A stretch of 63,526 nucleotides of DNA, filler included, from Asterionella formosa (GCA_002256025.1; 28 parts of 28 records of this genome joined end to end with filler, not necessarily neighbours in it); one strand, 5' to 3'. Shown: positions 34,990-48,558, counted from the first letter of the whole stretch. Notes: generated by a model from the sequence alone, not told the origin. A program made the numbers and translations.

Positions 34990-36216
34990 AGATCCTTGGC
35001 TTGATGGCCAGCAATAATGCGAGATATCTCATAATTGCTGTCGCCATTAACCTAAATAATCTATTCCAAGCAACCCTGTAATGTTAAGAAATTCTTCCAT
35101 GGAGTCCCATTGACCTGACTGTATTGCCTTAAAAAGATAGATTGTTGATATTCAAATCCAGACTGTTTGCTGGTTGCTTAGTCAATTGAATATCCCATTC
35201 TTCATCTGTTGCAGCTGCTACAAAGGGAGCAAAATCGGAGCCGAAATGTGTTGAAGCTTGCTTTGTCATGTTGTACTTTTATTCATTTGTTTCCATCAGG
35301 CCACTTCACTTTGATCATTGGTAAAACATAATTAAGAATCATGTGTGAGCATACAACTGTTTTGTCACTGGGAGTGATTTTGTTTCCATTGTCCCTGCTG
35401 GTCAATAAATTGAACTTCTTTGTGCTGCTAGCTACTTGATGCACCAATGGCCAAATTCGAATTTCACCATCAAATGTGCACACCTTTCGTCATCAAAACG
35501 CAGATGAGTCACAGCAGAAAGGAACATTTCCTTTTCGATATGCTTGCTCCTAATTTTTTGTTTGCCTTGTGGGAGCTTCTTCTCCATCATCATTAGCCAG
35601 ATATCTTTTCAACCACTTTTCATCAATATGGACTTCCTGGTCATAGAAGCAATCAAAATATCTGAACAGTCCAGGATCGAAATCAACATCAGGGTTTGCA
35701 TTCTTAGTATCACCATTATAATAGGATTTGAGAGCGCAGTTCAATATACTGGTAGTACGTTGCAGAGTTGTTTTTATCTACTTTGAACTGTCCCACCAGA
35801 TATCTAATGGTTCCACACACTAAAACGAGCTGACTATTTATTTCGTCCCCTCTACCATCAGGTCCTTTTCTGAGGTTCTGCAGACCATAGTCCAAAACAC
35901 AAGCTGACGCGCTTAAGATGTTAGTAGATCCTTTCTCATAGTATGCTTGTTGAGAAGCAGAGGTGGTGGCAAGAAAAAAGGGTGTCAGGCGTCTCTTGCA
36001 TTTTGCTCGAGATGCGAAAAAGTGGAAGTCGAAAAAGCCATAAAACGTGTTTTTTTTATGTTGCAAATTTGAATTTTTCTATAAATATTGTATAGATGGA
36101 TCTGTAGCTCAGAGCAAGCCACTGAATAGGGCAAATGATCCGGAGAAAATCGTAGGAGTCTAAATGGCCCGAGATAAATTTGATTTATTGATGCAACTAA
36201 TATTGGAAAGAGGGAG
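34990..36216 (-). mobile_element. DD39D (plant-type) mariner remnant with a Stowaway-like 5' TIR
   Basis: Minus strand TA|CTCCCTCTTTCCA at 36218-36204; decayed motifs VHIDEKW, FDGEIRIWPLVHQV, VLPMIKVKWP, IKVQHDKA, FKAIQS across stops and frameshifts. Confidence 0.8.
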
Positions 36217-38705
36217 TACTAGTTACCGGTACCAGGTAGTCAAGGGGAGCAGTATCACCTTGGAAGGTTAGAAGACGGTTTTTTCTAAACGGAAAACATA
36301 GCTAAATTGCTCATTTACCGCGACTTTCGCTGGTANNNNNNNNNNNNNNNNNNNNNNNNNNNNNNNNNNNNNNNNNNNNTTAATTAATTAANNNNNNNNN
36401 NNNNNNNNNNNNNNNNNNNNNNNNNNNNNNNNNNNGTACGGAACGAAACATTTAATATTGAATTTGAAATGCTAAACTAAATATCTATTCGAATTAGTGT
36501 GTGTTATCGACTGCAAATCTTCGGAGTGCTATTGGGCATGAATTGATGGAGAAAATCGAAGCGATGTGGTTGTCGGCAAGTGGGTGCATGAAGCATATCA
36601 ACAATCATCCTTACCATCGATATTGTCAGCATCTAATATGAATTCTCTTATTCTTTTACCTAAACTATATTTCGTATGAATTCTGAAGATACAAAATATA
36701 TGGATAACATACCTGGTGTATTGTGAATATGTCTGGATTGGCATCGTGATGCTGAGTGTGTTGACCTCAGCTAATGAATAGTAGGTATGGTACCTGGGGC
36801 CAGGTACCGGTCGGTATACAAGGCCTACTCAGGGCTACTATGATACATACTACCAGGGCTAGTACCACGGGAGTACCTGGTACCTTGTACCTTGGGTCTT
36901 TTGAATTTGCACTCAGACATACTAACAAATAGCTATACTGTATGGTACCACCAGGTAGTCCTGGCTGGTAGGTACCAGGTCATCGTTACAAGTGTGAGAC
37001 TGTAAGTTTGCCCTACCAGTATTTCCGTCTTTCCCTTCTTGTTACAATAGGAATTATTTCGTTCGTACTGAGAAACTGTACTCATTTCTACGTGCATACT
37101 GTGGAACTGTAGGTTTGCACTACCAGCATTGCTTCCCGTATTCCCCTTATTACAATAGAATATGGCGTTTGTACTGTGAATATATTAAGAGTAACCACTG
37201 GCTGTGTCCTCTCCTTCTTGTCATACCGATATTTGTTTAAGGTCACACTTGTAGCATCAAAAAATTTCCCGACGAAGTAAGACTGCGCCAGGTTTTTTCA
37301 TGTAGATTGTAGATTCTGTTGGTACAAAGATGAAGTCATGGCTGCGCCAGGATTTTTGACCCTCTGAATTCATAAAGACAACATTTAACCACCACTGTGC
37401 ACAATATATGTTTTCAACATGGGGATGACCCTTAAAAGCAGCATCCCCTTCTAGCTTTTCAGCGCCTCACCATTAACAAATCCTACATCAGCCAAGAACT
37501 CACATATTGTTTGTCGAAACAATAGAAGGTGGAATGACACAACATTGAGATCGTAAGCAATTGATGCTTTTAAGGTAAGATTTATTTGCTTGCTATTTTT
37601 GCTATTATATCACCAAGTGAGGGATAACTCATGATATGTCATGCTTTTGTTTTCAACATTCATTTGACATTTGAACAGGCCTTTTCAGAAAAGCAGTGTT
37701 CTTTGGAAAGTATGAGTGATAGCAGATGAAATGACACAATATGGAGACCCGCAATGGAGGCCTTCAAGGTGAGCTTAATCTTCAGTTTTCATAATTGTAT
37801 CAGCAAAGCGAGCGAGAAATCACATGGTTCTGTTATTGTTCTCTACATTTATTTTACATTTTAGTCGTCCATTTCACAACAGGAGCATCTTTTTTAATGC
37901 ATCAGTGAGTTGCGGTGCTGCCTGGTGGCTGGCTAATGCTGGTGTTCTGCTGCTGTCAATTTGACTGCTCCGTGAAACAGTTGAATAGCACATGTGTGTG
38001 TGTGTTGCTTTCTGCTGTTGCTAGTTCTATTAAATGAATTACTGACACGCCGTTCTTTTGTAAATCTTTGCAGGTCAATGAAGAAGTCATTTCAAGGACA
38101 AGGAGGAAGCCAGTGTGATACATTCCTGTTGCGTTTTCGCACCATGATGCCTTTTCAAGAATGAATAATTTTTTCATTCAGAATGAACGGTTTCTGTTTA
38201 TCTTGCATTGTCCTTACAGACATCTCATGATGCCTGCCTTCTCAAGACTGAAGATGCCATTCTGAAAGAACCGCTTTGTTCGATTGCATATCGAGATTTG
38301 TTTCCCATGTAATGTGAAATACCGGCAGTTGAATTAGAAATCAACATATTTGATTGTACTTTTAAATTGTGTAAACAAATTTAATACATTACGTGAACTA
38401 TATTATAGAATTACGTGAACAAAATTATAAGGCAATGTGAACTAAATTACAGAATTAAGTGAAGTATTTCAAATAATTTGTGAAGGTGATCACGTAATAT
38501 AGTGATGATCAGGAATGCATGCATGATACTCTGATCAAATAATTAACGTGATGTATTCAGATAATATATAGTAGATATATTCAAGTAAGCATTTTGATGT
38601 ATTCANNNNNNNNNNNNNNNNNNNNNNNNNNNNNNNNNNNNNNNNNNNNTTAATTAATTAANNNNNNNNNNNNNNNNNNNNNNNNNNNNNNNNNNNNNNN
38701 NNNNN

Positions 38706-40874
38706 AATAGCTATGGTTTCTTCAACTGCAATGCGCATAGCACAAAACTCAGCGCCGTATGTTGATGTCTCCACTGCTCCTTGTCGCCTACTCATAAAGA
38801 ATACTGGTGTTCTTCCAACGAATATAATCAAACCGGTCACTGACCTGCGTGTGATCTTGTCATGGGCATGATCTGAGTCAACAAACACAGTTATGTCCAA
38901 CTCATTGACCAATGGCTTTGGTAGGTTGCAGTCAACCTCCTCAGATGCTTCAGGGTAGTCTTCACCAAGAATACTTGCGTAGTCTTTAGAAAAATCTTCC
39001 TCAAATCCTGAGAAGTCAGGCGACCTAGAATCCACGACAATTCGCCTATTTGGCCTCCTCTTGAGGTAGCCAAACACTTTCAATACCCGCTCAAGGTGTC
39101 CTTTTCTTGGACATGCAGAGAATCTTGACAATGACATTGTGGCGTGTGCGACATCAAATCTCCCAATTGTTACTACCCAATTCAACATGCCAATTAACAT
39201 CTGAAACTTTCGATGTTCGTCATCACTAAGTAGTGTGGTGTCATCGAGTTCTGGATGATCATTTGCACTCATTGGAATTGTACTTTTGGGTTGCACACCA
39301 AACATCACCTCAATTCTTGCAATCGACTCTTGTATGTATTTCTTGCATCCAAAACACCACCTGCCCTTCTTGTCCTTCTTGAAGTCGTTCCCAAGATAAT
39401 ATTCTGGAGGACCTTCAGACTTGATCGTATAGACCTGCTTGAGTCCTTCCATAATTACTTCAGGAGTTTTTGACACTATCATGAAGTCATCTGAGTGGGT
39501 GCAGATATATTCATAGTGTGAAGTATCATTGCTCATCTTGTACCACACATCTTTGTCGTACCTAGTTGGCTGGAACCCCATTCCCCGGATCGTGTCCGCA
39601 AAATGCGTCCACCAACGCTCAGAGCTTGATCTCAAACCATATAGTGCTTTTCGGATCAGAATGATTGATCACCTCAACTCCTCTCCAAATTCTGGTCCAG
39701 CACGGGAGTATACTAGCTCATTAGTGTATGCATTGACGTAAGCATTTCCAACATCGCCACAAAGCAGCTTCAAGTTCTGCTTGTGTGCAATTACATGTAG
39801 CATTCTAACACTTATGCCTTTCACAGTTGAAGAGTAAATATTGTTGTCAAGTGCATCAACTAGATGTCCGCCAGCCACAAGTCTTGCCTTGCGCCGTAGA
39901 TCTTGTTTGACGTCAAAGATCACTGTCAGTGTTGTCCATTGATATCCGACTCCAGGGTTAAAATCTGGCTTCTTAAAATCAAAACATTCCATTTCGACAA
40001 GTGAGGAGATTTTGCGTTTGATTGCCTCTTGCCAGAATGTGTTTCCACTTTGCTTGTCCAATTCCATTGCATGGGTGACATTTCGTGGGACTTCAACGCC
40101 ATACTTGAGAATTTGCTTCCTAATCTTAGGATGCTTCTTCTTCCTTATGTCGGCACGCCTCACTGTGTACACCTGATCACATCCATCAAAATGATGCTCA
40201 TATAACCTTGCAATTCTTCGGACAGCTCGTTTGATGTCTCGAACTGTTTTCTTTGCCCATTGCATGACTCTATCCAGGCGTTTGGAACGACTGACATTAT
40301 TGTCTACAATGTATTGTGCTGTCATGTTTGGATGGTCAAGCTTCAAGTCCTGAAATGATTCCCAGGAGACATTTTCAGTATCCCAGTGCACCTCCAACTC
40401 AAGTTGCCCGGCCTTCCAGCGATGCGCTCGAATATCAGTTACCCTGGAACCACTCATCTTTGTTGCCTCTGTATGCTCTTCAGCTAGCTCATTATTGATC
40501 TCATCACACATTTCAATGTCGTGTGTTGCATCAAGTGGATCGAAGTCGAACTGAAGATCATCGGTGTTGGATGGTGGATTTTTTGATATGTTGTTGTTGT
40601 CTACTTCTGTTGTAGTGCATTGCTTGTTGTCTACTTCTGTTGTAGTGAATTGCTCCTCTTTCCCCCCCTGCTCCTCTAGACCCTTTGATGTTTCAATGAT
40701 CTGAGGAGTAGGAGCAAAATGAACTAGACGAATAAGATCGTGATCCTCTGGTTCATCTAGAGGTTCAGGAATAGGACTGGTGGGAGCGTTCCTTTTGCGT
40801 TTACGATCCTTCATTTTTGTTATTCTGGACTTGAGCGTAAGGTCACCATAAGGTACCTCATCACTGTAAGGCTC
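38706..40874 (-). mobile_element. Ty1/copia (CoDi-type) pol: chromodomain-like module, RT, RNase H; one in-frame TGA at 39669-39671
   Basis: IRAHRWKAGQLELEVHWDTENVSWE; KYGVEVPRN; RKARLVAGGH; DVGNAYV; KALYGLRSS; HSDDF; FVDSDHAHD; ETSTYGAEF. Confidence 0.95.
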
Positions 40875-40974
40875 NNNNNNNNNNNNNNNNNNNNNNNNNN
40901 NNNNNNNNNNNNNNNNNNTTAATTAATTAANNNNNNNNNNNNNNNNNNNNNNNNNNNNNNNNNNNNNNNNNNNN

Positions 40975-43143
40975 AGTTATCAGTCAACAAAATGTTGGGA
41001 GCTCCAACCTCACGTACAAAATCCTGGTATGCTCCATGTGAATGTGCCTCTCTAAACATACAACGTGCAAACAGAAATTGCGATGGAATATGAATGAAGA
41101 GTTGCACACATGAGTAGTTCCGGATGGACTTGATAGATGAGAAAAATGTATCCGAATCTGTCCTGCCATCGAGTCGATTAGGATGAAGAGGAATTAGACG
41201 CTTCTTTCGATGCTGTCTGGGTGCTTCTCTATTCTCCATTTCAACTGTCTGGGTGCAGAGCTGTGTTGTTGCTTCGAGTGTCTTCTTGGTTACAATCTCA
41301 GTTGAATTTCCAAGACGTTTCTCCCATAGAGTTGGCTCCTCTTCAACAATGCTTCCGCGTCCCCTCCTAGATGACTGCTTCAACAACTCAGATGAGTTGC
41401 TGGGAATTCGTGGTGTCAACCAATGAATTGTGTGGGAGTTTGCTTCTTCGATTGTAGGTAGGCAAACATTGAATGTAAGAAGTTTTTCATCATCAGTGAA
41501 CAATAGTTTAATCTGAATGTTGTCAACCTCAATGCATTGCAAACCGCTATCCCGTTCAGAAATGTCATGAACAATAACATTATTGTGCCTCATCACATGA
41601 GTGTTGATCAGCAGCGCTTCTGTTTGTTCTGGTCTTTCATCAAAGGCTGCTCCCCCCAACCCAAGTAAATAAGTTTCTTTTGTTTCTGGATGTTCATAAG
41701 CAGTGACTGCATTGACAATTGGAAGAGTAGGTCCATCCATATTGGCCCCCCAACCATACAGTTTTGCGCTCTTGCTCACTTTTTCCAGAACTCTCCATCC
41801 AACTCCGCCAATGACCTCAAATTCAGTTCCTCCATCAAGCACAACCCTTGCTGCTTCCCCCGGAATGCGTCCACGTCGGAGTACTGGGTTGCGACGTCCC
41901 TTTTTCTTTTTCCTGGGAGTCTCCTTCTTAGATTTCTTCCTTTGGGTACTTGTTGTAGGATTTCTTTCCTGGTCACTATCATCTCCATCATCCACACTGT
42001 CTTTGTCATCAGAGTCCTTGATTTTTACATGAGGTGTAGCCGTATCGCATAATCCAGAAGCTGAGGTCTTTGTCCTTCTAGCCTTCTTCTTGCGCTTTCT
42101 TGTCTTTGGCTTGTTCTTGGAGTGGCATCCCTCGTCAGATTCGACTGAGTTGTCATCTTTCTTGGCATCTCCATTGGCGCCAGTCAACTCGTCGACACGA
42201 ATTGCCCTTCCTTCATTATTCCAGACACTTCTCCACTTAAATAGATCTTTCTTGATAGAATTGGATTTAATTGTATTGAGTAGGTGTGTGGGGAGGAAAG
42301 GAATTTGGTTGTCTTTAGATGATTTAGGTGTGGCTCCACCTTTACTTGTAAAAGTTGTTGCACGCCTTGCCTTGGTGGAACTCTCTCGTGAGAATCTTTC
42401 CAATTCCTGTTCTCTGCTCCGAATACGTTGAACACACTCATCAAAAGTCTTGTTGGTGTCACCACGAAGGTTCTGAACGCAAACATCATAGTCTTCATCC
42501 TCAATTTGATCAAGGAATTTAGTCCGTTTTGTTGCTTCAGTGTAGCCTTCATGTTTATCTTCCAACTTTCGACTGCAGAGAATGAACATGTTTATGTACT
42601 CGTTAGCTTTCACCTTATTGGACAATCATAACTCATTGAGTTGATTCCTGTAGTGATCAATAAGGGTCCTTGATACTTCAGCTTTTCCATACCACATCTT
42701 TAATCCAGTCCAGGCATCATGACCACTCTGGAGCCCATTTGCATCAATTATATGATGTGCAGTCCCCTTATACAATGCTTTCTTCAGCATGTTATATAAT
42801 TCACGGTCGCGTGCCATACCTACTGTATCAGCTGGTACTGGCTTGCCTGTATCTGTCAAAAGTGTTGCATATGCCGTCTGCCCAAGTGTTGCACCTGTAC
42901 CAATGTACCATTCCTCCCAGTCAATTGGATCCCCGGAAAAATCCTTGAGTGCATCAACATATATTTTCGGGGCCCCACGCGTAGGGTCTACAGGCACGGC
43001 TGGTACTCCTGGTACCACTGCTTGTGCCGTAGTGGCCATGGGCATGCTTAGTGTCACCATGACATTCTGCATAGTTGTTTGGACGTTTACGACATGTCCT
43101 CTTGCGAGAAATGTCCCAAGTCTTGCCAACTTGCGCCTAAGCA
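40975..43143 (-). mobile_element. Ty1/copia (CoDi-type) gag-protease-integrase N-terminal region; one in-frame TGA at 42626-42628
   Basis: FSGDPIDWEEW, SGHDAWTGLKMWYG, KFLDQIEDEDY (gag); LDGGTE protease-like motif; KKTLEATTQ, DSDTFFS, GAPNILLTDN (integrase). Confidence 0.88.
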
Positions 43144-43243
43144 NNNNNNNNNNNNNNNNNNNNNNNNNNNNNNNNNNNNNNNNNNNNTTAATTAATTAAN
43201 NNNNNNNNNNNNNNNNNNNNNNNNNNNNNNNNNNNNNNNNNNN

Positions 43244-45177
43244 TTCTTTGAGAGTCCCAAGAAAACCGCACGACGCGAACGAGGTTTCCATCTAGGAAGT
43301 TTCTTTCCATCCTGCATGGTAGAATCCAGGACATACACGGGACTTCCCCATACTTGGAGATCATTGCATTTGTGGGTGGGCCATTTAGTGCCTGAGAAAA
43401 TGTCAAGAGGTGCCAGGCCATTTTTCCTGTTAGGGAGATGATTATGAATGTACACAGCATAGTCAACAGCCATAGGCCAAAGGGTAGTATCAGCAGTGTC
43501 ACACCAGCGGATGGCAGCATGCAGCATCATAGTTCGCGCCATAGACATAATGGTTTGAATGTTCCGCTCTGCAACACCATTATGATGATGAGCACCTACT
43601 CCAGCAAAGTGGCTGACTTGTTTGAAAGCTGCCAATTCTGCAACATATTCCTTATCAGTGAAAGCCTTTCCATTGTCTGAAAGGTAAGATTGAACAATAA
43701 CTCCAGAGTCACGAGCAGCAGCCTCAAATTTGTGTTTTGAAACAAGAGTTTCATGAGAGGTCAGAGAGACTTGATGTTCCACATGAACAAAACCGGAAGC
43801 ATGGTCAACAAACAGACATCCTCCTGAGTACATTTGCTCTTGAACCGTTTTTCCTTTCGAATCATAGTGTCGTCCCTTAGTGTGACAAACAAAGTGATCG
43901 ACTGAGACTTGCTGCCCTGGTAGGAGGTCTCCTTTCTTAAGTGCACCACAGCTTGATGGAACAGGTGTAGAAACGCTGCTGGAAGTTGGTCGACGTTTTG
44001 CCTTTCCAAATTGGCAGGAGGCACAGCGAGGTAGGACACAGTTGGATGCTGAACGGTGCAGATTCTTTTGCCCTTCACTTGTTGCAAGGGCTCCTGATCT
44101 CAACAGTAATTGTATTGATTCAAAGTGTAGATGGCCAAGACGAAAGTGCCAACGCAATAGTTCCTTCTGAGCTTCGGTTAGATTTTGATTGTTGGAATCG
44201 GTAACACAGAGGTTAAGCTCTTGAGCACAGCGATTGACATCCACTTCATTGTATCCATAGCTGATAGGAAGGTTGTTGTTGGTTGAGAAAGGGACAACAA
44301 TGTCTGGTGCTCCACCTCCACAGATACGAATATGATCAGACTCAACTTGACCATAGGCGGGAGTTTTAGATCCAACAAAACCTTGGATATAAGATTGCCA
44401 ACTGAGGAGTCGTTGGTGAGCTCCAGGAGTATAGTAAGCAGAGAGCTCAAGACAATGGAGAGTACCATCAACTGCTGGAACCATCCACCTGACCTTGCCT
44501 TGACCTTCAATTGATAATCCTGCTGCTAGTCCTTTCAGTGTGACAGGTGTGGTCAAGGGGGTTATCCCATCAACAAAGTCCTGGATATTGTGACTGACTG
44601 TACTGGATGCTCCTGTGTCCCAAATGAAGGAGCACTGTGCTGCTGAGGAGAGCCCAAGGACAGTAGTTGGACTTTTAGTGGCAAGACAACAAAATGGACT
44701 TGGGACTGGATTACTGGCAGCATTTGTTGGTGTATAGAGAAGACTCCGAGCCTGACACCAATGTTCAACATGTGATCTGAATAGGTTTTGTATACCTGCA
44801 ATCTGGGATGAGTAAGGCACATGGGGAGTCTTGAGAACAATTGACTGTGGAACAGGGTCAGTGGCTGAGATAAACTTGGGAGGTTTCCTGATACAGTCAG
44901 ACCTGCATTGTCGAAGCCGAAGTGGATATGAGCGAGAGACAATTGACATGAGACTGAAAGGTTGCTGGAGTTGCTTCTGATGTCGATAATAACGGCGACG
45001 TGTAGACCAGTGCAGCAGCTTGGCAGGAGGGTGGGGATGAGCATAGTGCATGAAGTGAAGCCAGAGCACTTGAGAGAAGACAACCAACCAGAAGCACACA
45101 CAAGGTCCCAGAGAAGCAAGGACGTGGTTGTGATTCAGAAGACTGATAAGAGGGAAGAACTCAAAAGAAAGGGTCAA
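43244..45177 (-). mobile_element. Ty1/copia pol: protease, GAG-pre-integrase and integrase core (different lineage from 40975-43143)
   Basis: FIWDTGAS; LLRWHFRLGH; CASC; VSVDHF; FVDHASG; YLSDNG; HHHNGVAERNIQT; WGSPVYVLD; open frame. Confidence 0.95.
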
Positions 45178-45522
45178 TCTCTGACAAAGTATCCAAAGAA
45201 GAAATGAAAGTGGATCGGGGCCCCCCCGACCCCCAAGTCAAAATTGAGTTGCACAAATTCCAAATCCATCATTGACACCAGGTTGAAACCTGACAGAGTG
45301 CCTTAATGATTGCCAACACTAACACCCATTCAAACTGATGGGCATTTTCAAGTTCACGGCAAATTCTGCGGATCTTGTTGGCATAAAGTGAGACACTTTC
45401 ACCAGGTTCCNNNNNNNNNNNNNNNNNNNNNNNNNNNNNNNNNNNNNNNNNNNNTTAATTAATTAANNNNNNNNNNNNNNNNNNNNNNNNNNNNNNNNNN
45501 NNNNNNNNNNTTGCCGTACATG

Positions 45523-45770
45523 CAAGCTGCGGTCATTTTCCTGAAACGGACAACGTGTTACCGGACAGCGTCATATGTTATCATAAATAGTACAAAAGGA
45601 CATCTTCTGTTCATAGCACGATTCAGCGAAATAAATAGCGGAATTCTTTTAATTGCAAAAACGAGGACACAAAAGCATATGACTATGACTTTCCTCAGGA
45701 AATTCCTATGAATTTCAGGAAATGACTATGACTTTCAGGAAACTTAAGGAAATATCAGGAAGCGTAAGGA
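45523..45770 (+). repeat. Copy of the TTCAGGAAA-bearing TIR element family (matches 11727-12000)
   Basis: GCGGTCATTTTCCTGAAACGGACAAC and TTCATAGCACGATTCAGCGAAATAAATAGCGGAATTC are shared. Confidence 0.85.
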
Positions 45771-46274
45771 ATCACAGACCCAACATAGGTTGAACAACAC
45801 GTGTCACCTGCTTCTTGTATTTCACTCACATTCTTCAAGGTAGGTATATGGAAACGGTAGGAAAAGGGGGTGAATGTTCTGACCACTTGACTTGCAAAAT
45901 AAATTTCGAGTTCATGTTTTTCCAAACCAAATGTTAAACCTCAGACCAGCTATCCAATTTAATTGCCCCACCATAACCTCATTCACCAACTCAAGGAGCA
46001 AATGGATCATTGACGTCCGTTAAATCCTAGAATCAGACCCACTAAACCCCCCTTTTTACTCTTCTTTCTTCTTGCTCTCTCTTCTGTTCTCCATCGATTA
46101 ATAGCCTCAATAATGACCTACGGTACAGTATGTACCACGCTAGATATACTATATCATTAGATGGTATAAGTCCTATATAACGTTAACCTTATAGGTATAA
46201 AGGCCATATACTTGTTTACTCTCACTGTATCGGTAGAGATTTACACAATAGCTACACAATGTGTATGTATACCA

Positions 46275-46664
46275 CGTCAACCTTAAGTGAAAGGTGTACC
46301 CTTTTACATTACGCACACGACTACCATGAAACCCATACGTAGTACATAAACATGTACAAGATAGTGATCATGATAAGTATGTGATGTTACACACAGCCAC
46401 GGTTACTAGAATGGAGCTCGTAGTACATATTGCATTATGTACCCGCAGCTATTTGTTACATGATAACTATTGGTACAAATGTATCTCTAGAATTGACGTA
46501 CCAATGCTAGGCTAAAACATGACACTTCGCATGGACTCTTGACACCTAGTACATGCCCTTCTCATAAAGACCCTTGTGAGTCCCCTTGGACTAGGAGCTA
46601 GTAATATAGATACACTTATCATTAAGCTCAAAATTACCCAGAACCTATTTGTTAAATCCTGACA
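46275..46664. mobile_element. Possible decayed solo LTR interrupting repeat D
   Basis: CGTCAA...CTGACA termini, flanks ACCA/ACCG, TATA-like CATAAAGACCC; starts where similarity to 6850-7133 ends. Confidence 0.3.
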
Positions 46665-47047
46665 ACCGCAGGGCAAATAACATTCTGCTCAACACCTTGG
46701 TTCCTGGAAGGAGTAGTCACCTCTATTCTGACCGGCACCGCCCACTCCTCACAGACTATTTTTACTACCGGTTGTCCACTACGACAAAAAATGGTAGTAT
46801 TGGGGGTGGCACAAAATGATGCTAGAATTCGATTGGGCAGGAACTATTTTAGGGTCAAACTCATTCCCCCAATCAAAAAAAATTAGAGTAGATTCCGTCG
46901 AGGTCAGATGCGAGCACAGGAGAGGGATCAAAGAACATGATTGTCAACCCCCGCCAATGAGTGAGTGCACACGTATGGGAATACATACTATATGTAGCGG
47001 TATATTCACATGCAGGTACATATATACATAATGTATACGGTACCAAG

Positions 47048-47677
47048 TGAAGTATCTAACTAGAAGTAGTAGTATTAGTTGAATATATGAGCTTATTTGT
47101 TAATCCTTGTGTGTAACTCGTTCTCCAAGTCGACACCAAAGTATACAATGAGGGTTAGTCGAGTTCTCTCATTATTGAGTTCTTATACATATATGATATA
47201 ACACTAACCCTATATACATCTGTATTGATGCGCAAGATCGCTCACTCTCCCACACCAAGGGAAAACCTTTTACCTTTGAAAAGGTTTGATGTAATGGATA
47301 TTAATTCGTTCCGTTGTATGCATAGTTTGTTGAAAAGTAACTGTACCATAGGATTCGATAGTGATGTAGGAATAACAATACGTCAGGTATCTCCTGGATT
47401 CTTCACAAAATACATTAAATGTATATGATGAAAATTGATAGAGGGAAAATTTAACAGATGTGTTTGGTTTGTTGATTGAGAATGAGATGAGTTGTTTGAT
47501 TGAGAATCAATTGTATATCCAGCAATTGTCTATCATGTATTGAGTAATATTCCAGAGGATATTGAATATTGTCTGCCAAAATTGGATGATTGAGGGAACA
47601 GGTAAACAAAGGTTCATCATCTACTTCAATTGAGAAAGTAGAAATGGATGTTGATGCTGAAGATTTCGGTTCAATAT
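47048..47677 (-). mobile_element. Ty3/gypsy 3' end: deleted pol remnant, PPT and 197-bp LTR (47048-47244)
   Basis: Minus strand ERINIHYIKPF, PPT GGGAGAG, then TGAGCGATC...ATACTTCA; internal part homologous to 21500-21800. Confidence 0.82.
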
Positions 47678-47777
47678 NNNNNNNNNNNNNNNNNNNNNNN
47701 NNNNNNNNNNNNNNNNNNNNNTTAATTAATTAANNNNNNNNNNNNNNNNNNNNNNNNNNNNNNNNNNNNNNNNNNNN

Positions 47778-48558
47778 TCGCAACAGGGACACCATAAACT
47801 CCCAAATCAAATAGGCCGATTTTTGGTTCCTTTGGATAATACTTGAGTAACAAACCCGAAACTACAAGGTTGGTCGATGTACCAATCAACGTACATGTCC
47901 CTCCCAAAATAGTAGCAAAGGAGAGCGGAATCATCAACTGCTGCCGAGGAACGCCGATATTTCTTGCCCAACGAAGGGTAATTGGAATCATGACAGCAAC
48001 GATGGGTGTGTTGTTCAAAAAAGCAGACAAGGTGGCGATAGGAACCATGAGTCGGATCTGAGCGCTAGCAATCGACTTGGGGTGTCCAAGGACTTTTCCC
48101 ATGTACCAATCGAGAGCTCCTGTCCTACTAATACCGTCCGCAACGACAAACAAAACAAGCACGGTCAAGATCCCTTCGTTGGAAAATCCAGAGAGTCCTT
48201 CGGTTATGGTAATGATCTGGCAAGCCATAAAGATGGTCAATCCAGCGATCATGACCCAATCAGCTCCAATTCTGTCAGATAGAAGGACAGCAAACATAAA
48301 GAATAACGTGATCGATACAACTAGAATTTCCCAAAGTTCGCCTGTGGTCTTTGCTGGAGCAATAGTCGCGAGAAATCGCTGTTCGTCGTGGAGACAAGGG
48401 CAATGGTCGAGCCATGGAGCATCTGCTCCGGCACTGCTTAAAGGAGGGATATCGTTCATCGTAGTACCACTGATTTCTTGCAGGTGTTTTCTTCGTTTTA
48501 TGCGAAAATCCCTTCGCAATTTTCGCTCGTGCCTGCTGCTGCAGCCATGTACATACAT
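47778..48558 (-). CDS. SLC13-family Na+/sulfate symporter (SLT/SAC1-like), 5' part; start codon uncertain, 3' cut by contig end
   Basis: GLSGFSNEGILTV, GISRTGALDW, LSAFLNNTPIVAVMIP, PLSFATILGGTCTLIGTSTNLVV. Confidence 0.92.

Noticed and set aside
36999..38340. ~105-bp diverged tandem duplication and intron-like signals
   Set aside because: Only two units, and no coherent gene model could be built.
39669..39671. In-frame TGA codons as evidence of an alternative genetic code
   Set aside because: They occur only in TE copies, at positions expected to be Gly or Arg; host genes are open in the standard code and one ends in TGA.
38706..45410. Three adjacent minus-strand copia contigs as one full-length element
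   Set aside because: Separated by spacers and ordered by length; 43244-45177 has its own protease and integrase, and the integrase core is missing between 40975 and 40874.
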